From the NCBI RefSeq assembly GCF_000027125.1, contig NC_017626.1: a stretch of 64,000 nucleotides of DNA; one strand, 5' to 3'. Source of the stretch: Escherichia coli 042. GTDB taxonomy: Bacteria > Pseudomonadota > Gammaproteobacteria > Enterobacterales > Enterobacteriaceae. Position numbers and translations under genes: made by a program. Below the pieces are notes generated by a model, which did not search any database, was not told the DNA's origin, and worked only from the letters and a program-made list of their open reading frames with translations. Of this stretch, positions 27,262 to 36,901 are shown one piece after another (position 1 is the first letter of the stretch; each line of letters starts with the position of its first letter).

Positions 27262-29812
27262 TCTTGTTATTGACCTTAGTCTGGATGCTGTCCGTTTCGA
27301 TGAGCAGATGAGCCGGGTAAGGCGTCATTTTTCAGGTCTGGATACCGACGCCAGAAAAACCGCCAGTGCTGTTGAACAGGGCCTGAGCCGCCAGGCGCTG
27401 GTTGCACAAAAAGCCGGGATTTCCGTCGGGCAGTATAAAGCGGCCATGCGAACCCTGCCCGCACAGTTTACGGATATCGCCACGCAGCTTGCCGGTGGTC
27501 AGAATCCCTGGTTGATCCTGCTGCAACAGGGCGGTCAGGTGAAGGACTCCTTCGGCGGGATGATCCCCATGTTCAGGGGGCTTGCCGGTGCGATCACCCT
27601 GCCGATGGTCGGGGTCACCTCGCTGGCGGTGGCGACAGGTGCGCTGGCGTACGCCTGGTACCAGGGCGACGCCACGCTTTCAGAATTTAATAAAACGCTG
27701 GTCCTTTCCGGCAATCAGGCCGGACTGACTGCCGATCGTATGCTGACGCTCTCAAGAGCCGGGCAGGCAGCAGGGCTGACGTTTAACCAGGCGAGAGAGT
27801 CACTGGCAGCCCTGGTGAATGCCGGTGTGCGTGGTGGTGAACAGTTTGATGCCATCAACCAGAGTGTCGCGCGTTTTGCGTCTGCATCCGGAGTGGAGGT
27901 AGATAAAGTCGCTGAAGCCTTCGGGAAGCTGACCACTGACCCGACGTCGGGACTGATGGCGATGGCGCGCCAGTTCCGTAACGTGACGGCAGAGCAGATT
28001 GCGTATGTTGCACAACTGCAGCGTTCCGGAGACGAGGCCGGGGCCTTACAGGCGGCGAACGATATCGCCACGAAAGGCTTTGATGAGCAGACCCGTCGCC
28101 TGAAAGAAAACATGGGAACACTGGAGACCTGGGCGGATAAAACAGGGAAGGCATTCAAATCGATGTGGGATGCCATTCTGGATATCGGTCGTCCGGAATT
28201 CTCAGCGGATATGCTCGCCAGTGCACAGAAGGCATTTGATGAGGCGGATAAAAAATGGCAGTGGTACCAGAGTCGGAGCCAGCGCCGCGGTAAAACCTCC
28301 TCTTTCCGGGCCAACCTTCAGGGCGCATGGGATGACCGGGAAAATGCCCGTCTGGGTCTGGCAGCGGCAACGCTGCAGTCGGATATGGAAAAAGCCGGTG
28401 AACTGGCGGCAAGGGACAGGGCTGAGCGTGAGTCGTCACAGCTGAAGTATACCGGAGAGGCGCAGAAGGCGTATGAGCGCCTGCTGACGCCACTGGAGAA
28501 ATATACCGCCCGGCAGGAAGAGCTGAATAAGGCCCTGAAAGACGGGAAAATCCTGCAGGCGGATTACAACACGCTGATGGCGTCGGCAAAAAAGGATTAT
28601 GAGTCGACGCAGAAAAAGCCGTCCGGTGTGAAGGTGTCTGCCGGTGAGCGCCAGGAAGACCAGGCGCATGCAGCCCTGCTGGCGCTTGAAACTGAGCTCA
28701 GGACGCTGGAGAAGCACAGCGGTGCGAATGAAAAAATCAGCCAGCAGCGCCGTGATTTATGGAAAGCGGAAAATCAGTATGTGGTCCTGAAAGAGGCCGC
28801 CACGAAACGGCAGTTATCTGAGCAGGAAAAATCCCTGCTGGCTCATGAGAAAGAGACGCTGGAGTACAAACGCCAGCTGGCTGAGCTGGGCGACAAGATT
28901 GAACACCAGAAGCGGCTGAATGAGCTGGCACAGCAGGCGGCGCGGTTTGAACAGCAGCAAAGCGCGAAGCAGGCGGCAATCAGCGCAAAAGCCCGCGGCC
29001 TCACCGACCGTCAGGCGCAGCGGGAGTCGGAAGAGCAGCGCCTTCGTGAGGTGTACGGTGATAATCCGGCTGCGCTGGCGAAGGCCACATCGGCACTGAA
29101 GAACACCTGGTCTGCGGAGGAGCAGCTTCGTGGAAGCTGGATGGCCGGGATGAAGTCCGGCTGGGGCGAGTGGGCGGAAAGTGCGACGGACAGTTTTTCG
29201 CAGGTTAAAAACGCGGCCACGCAGACCTTTGATGGTATTGCACAGAATATGGCGGCGATGCTGACCGGCAGTGAACAGAACTGGCGCAGCTTCACCCGTT
29301 CCGTGCTGTCCATGATGACAGAAATTCTGCTTAAGCAGGCAATGGTGGGGATTGTCGGGAGTATCGGCAGCGCTATTGGCGGGGCTGTTGGTGGCGGCGC
29401 ATCCGCGTCAGGCGGTACAGCCATTCAGGCCGCTGCGGCGAAATTCCATTTTGCAACCGGAGGATTTACGGGAACCGGCGGCAAATATGAGCCAGCGGGG
29501 ATTGTTCATCGTGGTGAATTTGTCTTCACGAAGGAGGCAACCAGCCGGATTGGTGTCGGCAACCTGTACCGCCTGATGCGGGGCTATGCGGAAGGTGGTT
29601 ATGTGGGCGGTGCCGGAAGTCCGGCGCAGATGCGGCGGGCTGAAGGCATTAATTTTAATCAGAACAATCACGTGGTGATTCAGAACGACGGTACGAATGG
29701 TCTGCCAGGTCCACAGATGATGAAGGCAGTGTATGACATGGCCCGCAAGGGTGCCCGTGATGAAATTCAGGCACAGATGCGCGATGGTGGTCTGTTCTCC
29801 GGAGGTGGATGA
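27242..29812 (+). CDS. H: Tail tape measure protein H
   Basis: 856 aa, lambda gpH size and position; coiled-coil-rich with Gly-rich C-terminal region. Confidence 0.9.
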   Translation: MSQPVGDLVIDLSLDAVRFDEQMSRVRRHFSGLDTDARKTASAVEQGLSRQALVAQKAGISVGQYKAAMRTLPAQFTDIATQLAGGQNPWLILLQQGGQVKDSFGGMIPMFRGLAGAITLPMVGVTSLAVATGALAYAWYQGDATLSEFNKTLVLSGNQAGLTADRMLTLSRAGQAAGLTFNQARESLAALVNAGVRGGEQFDAINQSVARFASASGVEVDKVAEAFGKLTTDPTSGLMAMARQFRNVTAEQIAYVAQLQRSGDEAGALQAANDIATKGFDEQTRRLKENMGTLETWADKTGKAFKSMWDAILDIGRPEFSADMLASAQKAFDEADKKWQWYQSRSQRRGKTSSFRANLQGAWDDRENARLGLAAATLQSDMEKAGELAARDRAERESSQLKYTGEAQKAYERLLTPLEKYTARQEELNKALKDGKILQADYNTLMASAKKDYESTQKKPSGVKVSAGERQEDQAHAALLALETELRTLEKHSGANEKISQQRRDLWKAENQYVVLKEAATKRQLSEQEKSLLAHEKETLEYKRQLAELGDKIEHQKRLNELAQQAARFEQQQSAKQAAISAKARGLTDRQAQRESEEQRLREVYGDNPAALAKATSALKNTWSAEEQLRGSWMAGMKSGWGEWAESATDSFSQVKNAATQTFDGIAQNMAAMLTGSEQNWRSFTRSVLSMMTEILLKQAMVGIVGSIGSAIGGAVGGGASASGGTAIQAAAAKFHFATGGFTGTGGKYEPAGIVHRGEFVFTKEATSRIGVGNLYRLMRGYAEGGYVGGAGSPAQMRRAEGINFNQNNHVVIQNDGTNGLPGPQMMKAVYDMARKGARDEIQAQMRDGGLFSGGG

Positions 29813-30141
29813 TGAAGACCTTCCGCTGGAAAGTGAAACCCGGTATGGATGTGGCTTCGGCCCCTTCTGTAAGAAAGGTGCGCTTTGGTGATGGCTATTC
29901 TCAGCGAGCGCCTGCCGGGCTGAATGCCAACCTGAAAACGTACAGCGTGACGCTTTCTGTCCCCCGTGAGGAGGCCACGGTACTGGAGTCGTTTCTGGAA
30001 GAGCACGGGGGCTGGAAAGCCTTTCTGTGGACGCCGCCTTATGAGTGGCGGCAGATAAAGGTGACCTGCGCAAAATGGTCGTCGCGGGTCAGTATGCTGC
30101 GTGTTGAGTTCAGCGCAGAGTTTGAACAGGTGGTGAACTGA
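29809..30141 (+). CDS. M: Tail tip protein M
   Basis: 110 aa, lambda M size and position. Confidence 0.9.
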   Translation: MMKTFRWKVKPGMDVASAPSVRKVRFGDGYSQRAPAGLNANLKTYSVTLSVPREEATVLESFLEEHGGWKAFLWTPPYEWRQIKVTCAKWSSRVSMLRVEFSAEFEQVVN

Positions 30142-30839
30142 TGCAGGATATCCGGCAGGAAACACTGAATGAATGCACCCGTGCGGAGCAGTCGGCCAGC
30201 GTGGTGCTCTGGGAAATCGACCTGACAGAGGTCGGTGGAGAACGTTATTTTTTCTGTAATGAGCAGAACGAAAAAGGTGAGCCGGTCACCTGGCAGGGGC
30301 GACAGTATCAGCCGTATCCCATTCAGGGGAGTGGTTTTGAACTGAATGGCAAAGGCACCAGTACGCGCCCCACGCTGACGGTTTCTAACCTGTACGGTAT
30401 GGTCACCGGGATGGCGGAAGATCTGCAGAGTCTGGTCGGCGGAACGGTGGTCCGGCGTAAGATTTACGCCCGTTTTCTGGATGCGGTGAACTTCGTCAAC
30501 GGAAACAGTGACGCCGATCCGGAGCAGGAGGTGATCAGCCGCTGGCGCATCGAGCAGTGCAGCGAACTGAGCGCGGTGAGTGCCTCCTTTGTACTGTCCA
30601 CGCCGACGGAAACGGATGGCGCTGTTTTTCCGGGGCGTATCATGCTGGCCAACACCTGCACCTGGACCTATCGCGGTGATGAGTGCGGTTATCACGGTCC
30701 GGCAGTCGCGGATGAATATGACCAGCCGACGTCCGATATCACGAAGGATAAATGCAGCAAATGCCTGAGCGGCTGTAAGTTTCGCAATAACGTCGGCAAC
30801 TTTGGCGGCTTCCTTTCCATTAACAAACTTTCGCAGTAA
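30141..30839 (+). CDS. L: Tail tip protein L
   Basis: 232 aa, same length as lambda L. Confidence 0.9.
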   Translation: MQDIRQETLNECTRAEQSASVVLWEIDLTEVGGERYFFCNEQNEKGEPVTWQGRQYQPYPIQGSGFELNGKGTSTRPTLTVSNLYGMVTGMAEDLQSLVGGTVVRRKIYARFLDAVNFVNGNSDADPEQEVISRWRIEQCSELSAVSASFVLSTPTETDGAVFPGRIMLANTCTWTYRGDECGYHGPAVADEYDQPTSDITKDKCSKCLSGCKFRNNVGNFGGFLSINKLSQ

Positions 30840-30843
30840 TCCC

Positions 30844-31587
30844 ATGACAGAGACAGAATCAGCGATTCTGGCGCACGCCCGGCGATGTGCGCCAGCGGAG
30901 TCGTGCGGCTTCGTGGTGAGAGCGCCGGAGGGGGAAAGATATTTTCCCGGCGTGAATATTTCCGGTGAGCCGGAGGATTATTTCCGGATGGCTCCGGAGG
31001 ACTGGCTGCAGGCAGAAATGCAGGGTGAGATTGTGGCGCTGGTCCACAGCCACCCCGGTGGTCTGCCCTGGCTGAGTGAGGCTGACCGGCGGCTGCAGGT
31101 GCAGAGTGATTTGCCGTGGTGGCTGGTCTGCCGGGGGGCGATTCATAAGTTCCGCTGTGTGCCGCATCTCACCGGGCGGCGCTTTGAGCACGGGGTGACG
31201 GACTGTTACACGCTGTTCCGGGATGCTTATCATCTGGCGGGGATTGAGATGCCGAATTTTCATCGCGGGGATGACTGGTGGCGTCACGGTCAGAATCTCT
31301 ATCTTGACAATATGGAGGCTACTGGTTTTTACCGTGTCGCACTGACAGAGGCGCAGCCGGGCGATGTGCTGCTGTGCTGTTTTGGTTCATCGGTGCCGAA
31401 TCATGCCGCCATTTACTGTGGTGACGGCGAGCTGCTGCACCATATTCCTGAACAACTGAGCAAACGAGAGAGGTACACCGACAAATGGCAGCGACGCACA
31501 CACTCCCTCTGGCGTCACCGGGCATGGCACGCATCTGCCTTTACGGGGATTTGCAACGATTTGGCCGCCGCATCGACCTTCGTGTGA
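30844..31587 (+). CDS. K: Tail tip assembly protein K (JAB/MPN plus NlpC/P60-like)
   Basis: ATG 30844 just after the L stop; HSHP motif. Confidence 0.8.
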   Translation: MTETESAILAHARRCAPAESCGFVVRAPEGERYFPGVNISGEPEDYFRMAPEDWLQAEMQGEIVALVHSHPGGLPWLSEADRRLQVQSDLPWWLVCRGAIHKFRCVPHLTGRRFEHGVTDCYTLFRDAYHLAGIEMPNFHRGDDWWRHGQNLYLDNMEATGFYRVALTEAQPGDVLLCCFGSSVPNHAAIYCGDGELLHHIPEQLSKRERYTDKWQRRTHSLWRHRAWHASAFTGICNDLAAASTFV

Positions 31588-32126
31588 AAACGGGGGCTGA
31601 AGCCATCCGGGCACTGGCCACACAGCTCCCGGCGTTTCGTCAGAAACTGAGCGATGGCTGGTATCAGGTACGGATTGCCGGGCGGGATGCAGGAGAAACC
31701 GAATTATCATCCCGTCTTAATGAGCCGCTGGCAAATGGTGCCGTGATCCACATCGTACCGCGTCTGGCGGGTGCCAAAAGTGGTGGTGTTTTTCAGGCAG
31801 TGCTGGGTGCGGCGCTGATTGCTACGGCAATCTGGATGCCAGGAATCAGTATCGCTTTCAGTAACATTCTCTTTTCTATGGGGGCAGCGATGACGCTTGG
31901 TGGTGTCGCACAGATGCTGGCCCCTAAACCCAAAACTCCACGTACACAGACAACGGATAACGGCAAACAGAACACCTATTTCTCCTCACTGGATAACATG
32001 GTTGCCCAGGGCAATGTCCTGCCTGTTCTGTACGGTGAAATGCGCGTGGGGTCACGTGTGGCATCTCAGGAGATCAGCACGGCAGATGAAGGGGATGGTG
32101 GTCAGGTTGTGGTAATTGGGCGGTAA
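31485..32126 (+). CDS. I: Tail assembly protein I
   Basis: 213 aa; lambda I-like by position and size; exact start uncertain because it overlaps the K ORF. Confidence 0.75.
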   Translation: MAATHTLPLASPGMARICLYGDLQRFGRRIDLRVKTGAEAIRALATQLPAFRQKLSDGWYQVRIAGRDAGETELSSRLNEPLANGAVIHIVPRLAGAKSGGVFQAVLGAALIATAIWMPGISIAFSNILFSMGAAMTLGGVAQMLAPKPKTPRTQTTDNGKQNTYFSSLDNMVAQGNVLPVLYGEMRVGSRVASQEISTADEGDGGQVVVIGR

Positions 32127-32198
32127 TATTATTTACTCATGTTCTAACTGATTTAATATTTATATCGAACACTGATAATTATTCTATTGGTTAGCTAT

Positions 32199-32537
32199 AT
32201 GAACAAAACGATTTTATTCTGCACGATTATTGCCTTAACAGGATGTAAATCTTTGGATTACGTAAAATCCGGAAAACCTGTAATGGAAGGTAATTCATTA
32301 AAAAATATTGATGAATTGTCAGGCTGCATATCCAGACAATGGGCTGGTAATGGAACACCTATAACATCCCTTCCTATTGAGAATGGGGTAAGCCTTTTAG
32401 TTCCACAGGCTATGGGGGGATATGATGTTGTGCTTGATATCAAAAAAGCAGGAAATGGCAGTAGTTTTACTCTTTATGAACGTGTACCAGCATTAACGCC
32501 AAAAATTTTTGCTGATAGTGTTAATGCATGTAAATAA
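32199..32537 (+). CDS. Lipoprotein cargo gene between I and J
   Basis: MNKTILFCTIIALTGC signal peptide with lipobox; AT-rich; inserted in the I-J gap that is empty in lambda. Confidence 0.6.
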   Translation: MNKTILFCTIIALTGCKSLDYVKSGKPVMEGNSLKNIDELSGCISRQWAGNGTPITSLPIENGVSLLVPQAMGGYDVVLDIKKAGNGSSFTLYERVPALTPKIFADSVNACK

Positions 32538-32603
32538 TAGTTAATCCTGCTGTAACTCATGAGCCGCCTTTTGGGCGGCTTTGTTGTTTATGGAGTGTGA
32601 GGA

Positions 32604-35600
32604 ATGGGTAAAGGAAGCAGTAAGGGGCATACCCCGCGCGAAGCGAAGGACAACCTGAAATCCACGCAATTACTGAGTGTGATCGATGCCATCAGCGAAG
32701 GGCCGATTGAAGGTCCGGTGGATGGATTAAAAAGCGTGCTGCTGAACAGTACACCGGTGCTGGACAGTGAGGGGAATACCAACATCTCCGGTGTCACGGT
32801 GGTGTTCCGGGCAGGTGAGCAGGAGCAGACACCGCCGGAGGGATTTGAATCCTCCGGTTCCGAGACGGTGCTGGGTACGGAAGTGAAATACGACACGCCG
32901 ATCACCCGGACCATCACGTCTGCAAACATCGACCGTCTGCGCTTTACCTTCGGTGTGCAGGCTCTGGTGGAAACCACCTCAAAGGGGGACCGGAATCCGT
33001 CGGAAGTCCGCCTGCTGGTTCAGATACAACGTAACGGTGGCTGGGTGACGGAAAAAGACATCACCATTAAGGGCAAAACCACCTCGCAGTATCTGGCCTC
33101 GGTGGTGGTGGGTAACCTGCCGCCGCGCCCGTTTAATATCCGGATGCGCAGAATGACGCCGGACAGCACCACAGACCAGCTGCAGAACAAAACGCTCTGG
33201 TCGTCATACACCGAAATCATCGATGTGAAACAGTGCTACCCGAACACGGCACTGGTCGGCGTGCAGGTGGATTCGGAGCAGTTCGGCAGCCAGCAGGTGA
33301 GCCGTAATTATCATCTGCGCGGGCGTATTCTGCAGGTGCCGTCGAATTATAACCCGCAGACGCGGCAATACAGCGGTATCTGGGACGGAACGTTTAAACC
33401 GGCATACAGCAACAACATGGCCTGGTGTCTGTGGGATATGCTGACCCATCCGCGCTACGGCATGGGGAAACGTCTTGGTGCGGCGGATGTGGATAAATGG
33501 GCGCTGTATGTCATCGGCCAGAATTGCGACCAGTCGGTGCCGGATGGCTTTGGTGGCACGGAGCCGCGTATTACCTGTAATGCGTACCTGACCACGCAGC
33601 GCAAGGCGTGGGATGTGCTCAGTGATTTCTGCTCGGCGATGCGCTGTATGCCGGTATGGAACGGGCAGACGCTGACGTTTGTGCAGGACCGGCCATCGGA
33701 TAAGGTGTGGACCTATAACCGCAGTAATGTGGTGATGCCGGATGATGGCGCGCCGTTCCGCTACAGCTTCAGCGCCCTGAAAGACCGCCATAATGCCGTT
33801 GAGGTGAACTGGATTGACCCGAACAACGGCTGGGAGACGGCGACAGAGCTTGTGGAGGATACGCAGGCCATTGCCCGTTACGGTCGTAACGTCACGAAGA
33901 TGGATGCTTTTGGCTGTACCAGCCGGGGGCAGGCACACCGCGCCGGGCTGTGGCTGATTAAAACAGAACTGCTGGAAACGCAGACCGTGGACTTCAGCGT
34001 GGGCGCAGAAGGGCTTCGCCATGTGCCGGGCGATGTCATTGAAATCTGTGATGATGACTATGCCGGTATCAGCACCGGCGGGCGCGTGCTGGCGGTAAAC
34101 AGCCAGACCCGGACGCTGACGCTCGACCGTGAAATCACGCTGCCATCCTCCGGCACCACGCTGATAAGCCTGGTTGACGGACAGGGGAATCCGGTCAGCG
34201 TGGAGGTCCAGTCCGTCACCGACGGCGTGAAGGTGAAAGTGAGCCGTGTTCCTGACGGCGTTGCCGAATACAGCGTGTGGGGGCTGAAGCTGCCGACGCT
34301 GCGCCAGCGCCTGTTCCGCTGCGTGAGTATCCGTGAAAACGATGACGGCACGTATGCCATCACCGCCGTGCAGCATGTACCGGAAAAAGAAGCCATCGTG
34401 GATAACGGGGCGCACTTTGACGGCGACCAGAGCGGCACGGTGAATGGTGTCACGCCGCCAGCGGTGCAGCACCTGACTGCCGAAGTCACCGCAGACAGCG
34501 GGGAGTATCAGGTACTGGCCCGCTGGGACACGCCGAAGGTGGTGAAGGGGGTGAGCTTTATGCTTCGCCTGACCGTGGCAGCGGATGACGGCAGTGAGCG
34601 GCTGGTCAGCACGGCCAGGACGACGGAAACCACATACCGCTTCACGCAACTGGCGCTGGGAAACTACAGGCTGACAGTCCGGGCGGCAAATGCCTGGGGG
34701 CAGCAGGGCGATCCGGCATCGGTATCGTTCCGGATTGCCGCACCGGCAGCGCCGTCGCGGATTGAGCTGACGCCGGGCTATTTTCAGATAACCGCCACGC
34801 CGTATCTTGCCGTTTATGATCCGACGGTACAGTTTGAGTTCTGGTTCTCAGAAAAGCGGATTGCGGATATCAGGCAGGTTGAAACCGCAGCCCGCTATCT
34901 TGGCTCGGCGCTGTACTGGATAGCTGCCAGTATCAATATCAAGCCGGGCCATGATTATTATTTTTATATCCGCAGTGTGAATACTGTTGGCAAATCGGCA
35001 TTCGTGGAGGCTGTCGGTCGGGCGAGCGATGATGCGGAAGGTTACCTGGATTTTTTCAAAGGAGAAATCGGGAAAACACATCTGGCCCAGGAGCTGTGGA
35101 CGCAGATTGATAACGGTCAGCTTGCGCCGGACCTGGCTGAAATCAGGACGTCCATTACGAATGTCAGCAATGAAATCACGCAGACCGTCAATAAAAAACT
35201 GGAAAATCAGAGTGCGGCAATCCAGCAGATACAGAAAGTTCAGGTTGATACAAATAATAACCTGAACAGCATGTGGGCCGTGAAACTGCAGCAGATGCAG
35301 GACGGACGCCTTTATATTGCGGGTATCGGTGCCGGTATTGAGAATACGCCAGCAGGAATGCAGAGTCAGGTGCTGCTGGCGGCAGACAGGATTGCGATGA
35401 TTAATCCTGCGAATGGCAACACAAAGCCGATGTTTGTTGGTCAGGGCGATCAGATATTTATGAATGAAGTGTTCCTGAAATATCTGACGGCTCCCACCAT
35501 TACCAGCGGCGGTAATCCTCCGGCATTTTCCCTGACACCGGACGGGCGGCTGACGGCGAAAAATGCCGATATCAGCGGTAACGTGAATGCGAACTCCGGG

Positions 35601-36083
35601 ACGCTCAACAACGTCACGATTAACGAGAACTGTCGGGTTCTGGGAAAATTGTCCGCGAACCAGATTGAAGGCGATCTCGTTAAAACAGTGGGCAAAGCTT
35701 TCCCCCGGGACTCCCGTGCACCGGAGCGGTGGCCATCAGGAACCATTACCGTCAGGGTTTATGACGATCAGCCGTTTGACCGGCAGATTGTTATTCCGGC
35801 GGTGGCATTCAGCGGCGCTAAACATGAGAAAGAGCATACTGATATTTACTCCTCATGCCGTCTGATAGTGCGGAAAAACGGTGCTGAAATTTATAACCGT
35901 ACCGCGCTGGATAATACGCTGATTTACAGTGGTGTTATTGATATGCCTGCCGGTCACGGTCACATGACACTGGAGTTTTCGGTGTCAGCATGGCTGGTAA
36001 ATAACTGGTATCCCACAGCAAGTATCAGCGATTTGCTGGTTGTGGTGATGAAGAAAGCCACTGCAGGCATCACGATTAGCTGA
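32604..36083 (+). CDS. J: Tail tip / host specificity protein J
   Basis: 1159 aa, lambda gpJ size and position. Confidence 0.9.
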   Translation: MGKGSSKGHTPREAKDNLKSTQLLSVIDAISEGPIEGPVDGLKSVLLNSTPVLDSEGNTNISGVTVVFRAGEQEQTPPEGFESSGSETVLGTEVKYDTPITRTITSANIDRLRFTFGVQALVETTSKGDRNPSEVRLLVQIQRNGGWVTEKDITIKGKTTSQYLASVVVGNLPPRPFNIRMRRMTPDSTTDQLQNKTLWSSYTEIIDVKQCYPNTALVGVQVDSEQFGSQQVSRNYHLRGRILQVPSNYNPQTRQYSGIWDGTFKPAYSNNMAWCLWDMLTHPRYGMGKRLGAADVDKWALYVIGQNCDQSVPDGFGGTEPRITCNAYLTTQRKAWDVLSDFCSAMRCMPVWNGQTLTFVQDRPSDKVWTYNRSNVVMPDDGAPFRYSFSALKDRHNAVEVNWIDPNNGWETATELVEDTQAIARYGRNVTKMDAFGCTSRGQAHRAGLWLIKTELLETQTVDFSVGAEGLRHVPGDVIEICDDDYAGISTGGRVLAVNSQTRTLTLDREITLPSSGTTLISLVDGQGNPVSVEVQSVTDGVKVKVSRVPDGVAEYSVWGLKLPTLRQRLFRCVSIRENDDGTYAITAVQHVPEKEAIVDNGAHFDGDQSGTVNGVTPPAVQHLTAEVTADSGEYQVLARWDTPKVVKGVSFMLRLTVAADDGSERLVSTARTTETTYRFTQLALGNYRLTVRAANAWGQQGDPASVSFRIAAPAAPSRIELTPGYFQITATPYLAVYDPTVQFEFWFSEKRIADIRQVETAARYLGSALYWIAASINIKPGHDYYFYIRSVNTVGKSAFVEAVGRASDDAEGYLDFFKGEIGKTHLAQELWTQIDNGQLAPDLAEIRTSITNVSNEITQTVNKKLENQSAAIQQIQKVQVDTNNNLNSMWAVKLQQMQDGRLYIAGIGAGIENTPAGMQSQVLLAADRIAMINPANGNTKPMFVGQGDQIFMNEVFLKYLTAPTITSGGNPPAFSLTPDGRLTAKNADISGNVNANSGTLNNVTINENCRVLGKLSANQIEGDLVKTVGKAFPRDSRAPERWPSGTITVRVYDDQPFDRQIVIPAVAFSGAKHEKEHTDIYSSCRLIVRKNGAEIYNRTALDNTLIYSGVIDMPAGHGHMTLEFSVSAWLVNNWYPTASISDLLVVVMKKATAGITIS

Positions 36084-36150
36084 ATTTTATAACCCAGATA
36101 CGGGCGCCAGAAATGGCGCCTTTTTTATTGCAGAAAAGCGAGAGGTAATT

Positions 36151-36750
36151 ATGCGTAAATTATGTGCTGTTATTTTGTCCGCAGTAGTCTGGCAGGTCGC
36201 CGCTGCTACGCCAGCGAGTGCAGCAGAACATCAGTCCACGCTGAGCGCGGGGTATCTCCATGCCTCGACGAACGTTCCCGGTAGTGATGATCTGAACGGG
36301 ATTAACGTGAAATACCGTTATGAGTTTACGGACGCGCTGGGGCTGATTACGTCCTTCAGTTATGCCAATGCTGAGGATGAGCAAAAAACGCGCTACAGCG
36401 ATACCCGCTGGCATGAAGATTCCGTGCGTAACCGCTGGTTCAGCGTGATGGCGGGGCCGTCTGTACGCGTGAATGAATGGTTCAGCGCGTATGCGATGGT
36501 GGGTGTGGCTTACAGCCGTGTGTCGACTTTCTCCGGGGATTATCTCCGCGTAACTGACAACAAGGGGAAAACGCACGATGTGCTGACCGGAAGTGATGAC
36601 GGTCGCCACAGCAACACGTCTCTGGCGTGGGGGGCTGGCGTGCAGTTTAATCCGACCGAATCCGTGACCATTGACCTTGCTTATGAAGGTTCCGGTAGTG
36701 GCGACTGGCGAACGGATGCATTTATTGTTGGTATCGGATACCGTTTCTGA
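36151..36750 (+). CDS. lom: Lom-like outer membrane protein (Ail/Lom family)
   Basis: 199 aa; signal peptide, beta-barrel with C-terminal ...GIGYRF, directly after J. Confidence 0.85.
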   Translation: MRKLCAVILSAVVWQVAAATPASAAEHQSTLSAGYLHASTNVPGSDDLNGINVKYRYEFTDALGLITSFSYANAEDEQKTRYSDTRWHEDSVRNRWFSVMAGPSVRVNEWFSAYAMVGVAYSRVSTFSGDYLRVTDNKGKTHDVLTGSDDGRHSNTSLAWGAGVQFNPTESVTIDLAYEGSGSGDWRTDAFIVGIGYRF

Positions 36751-36901
36751 CAACAGACGCCGATTTATCTTCTGTAAATATTGTTATGATACGCAGGTTC
36801 ATCCACCTTATGGGGTGAACTGCGTTTGAGGAAACGTAAAGTTACACTGTCCTGAAGCCCGTGGCGTCACTGCTGCGGGCTTTTTTTATTGGTGGAAAAG
36901 T

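Noticed and set aside
30802-30843. Upstream Met (30802) extension of K overlapping L
   Set aside because: ATG 30844 follows the L stop with a normal spacing and gives the expected K N-terminus.
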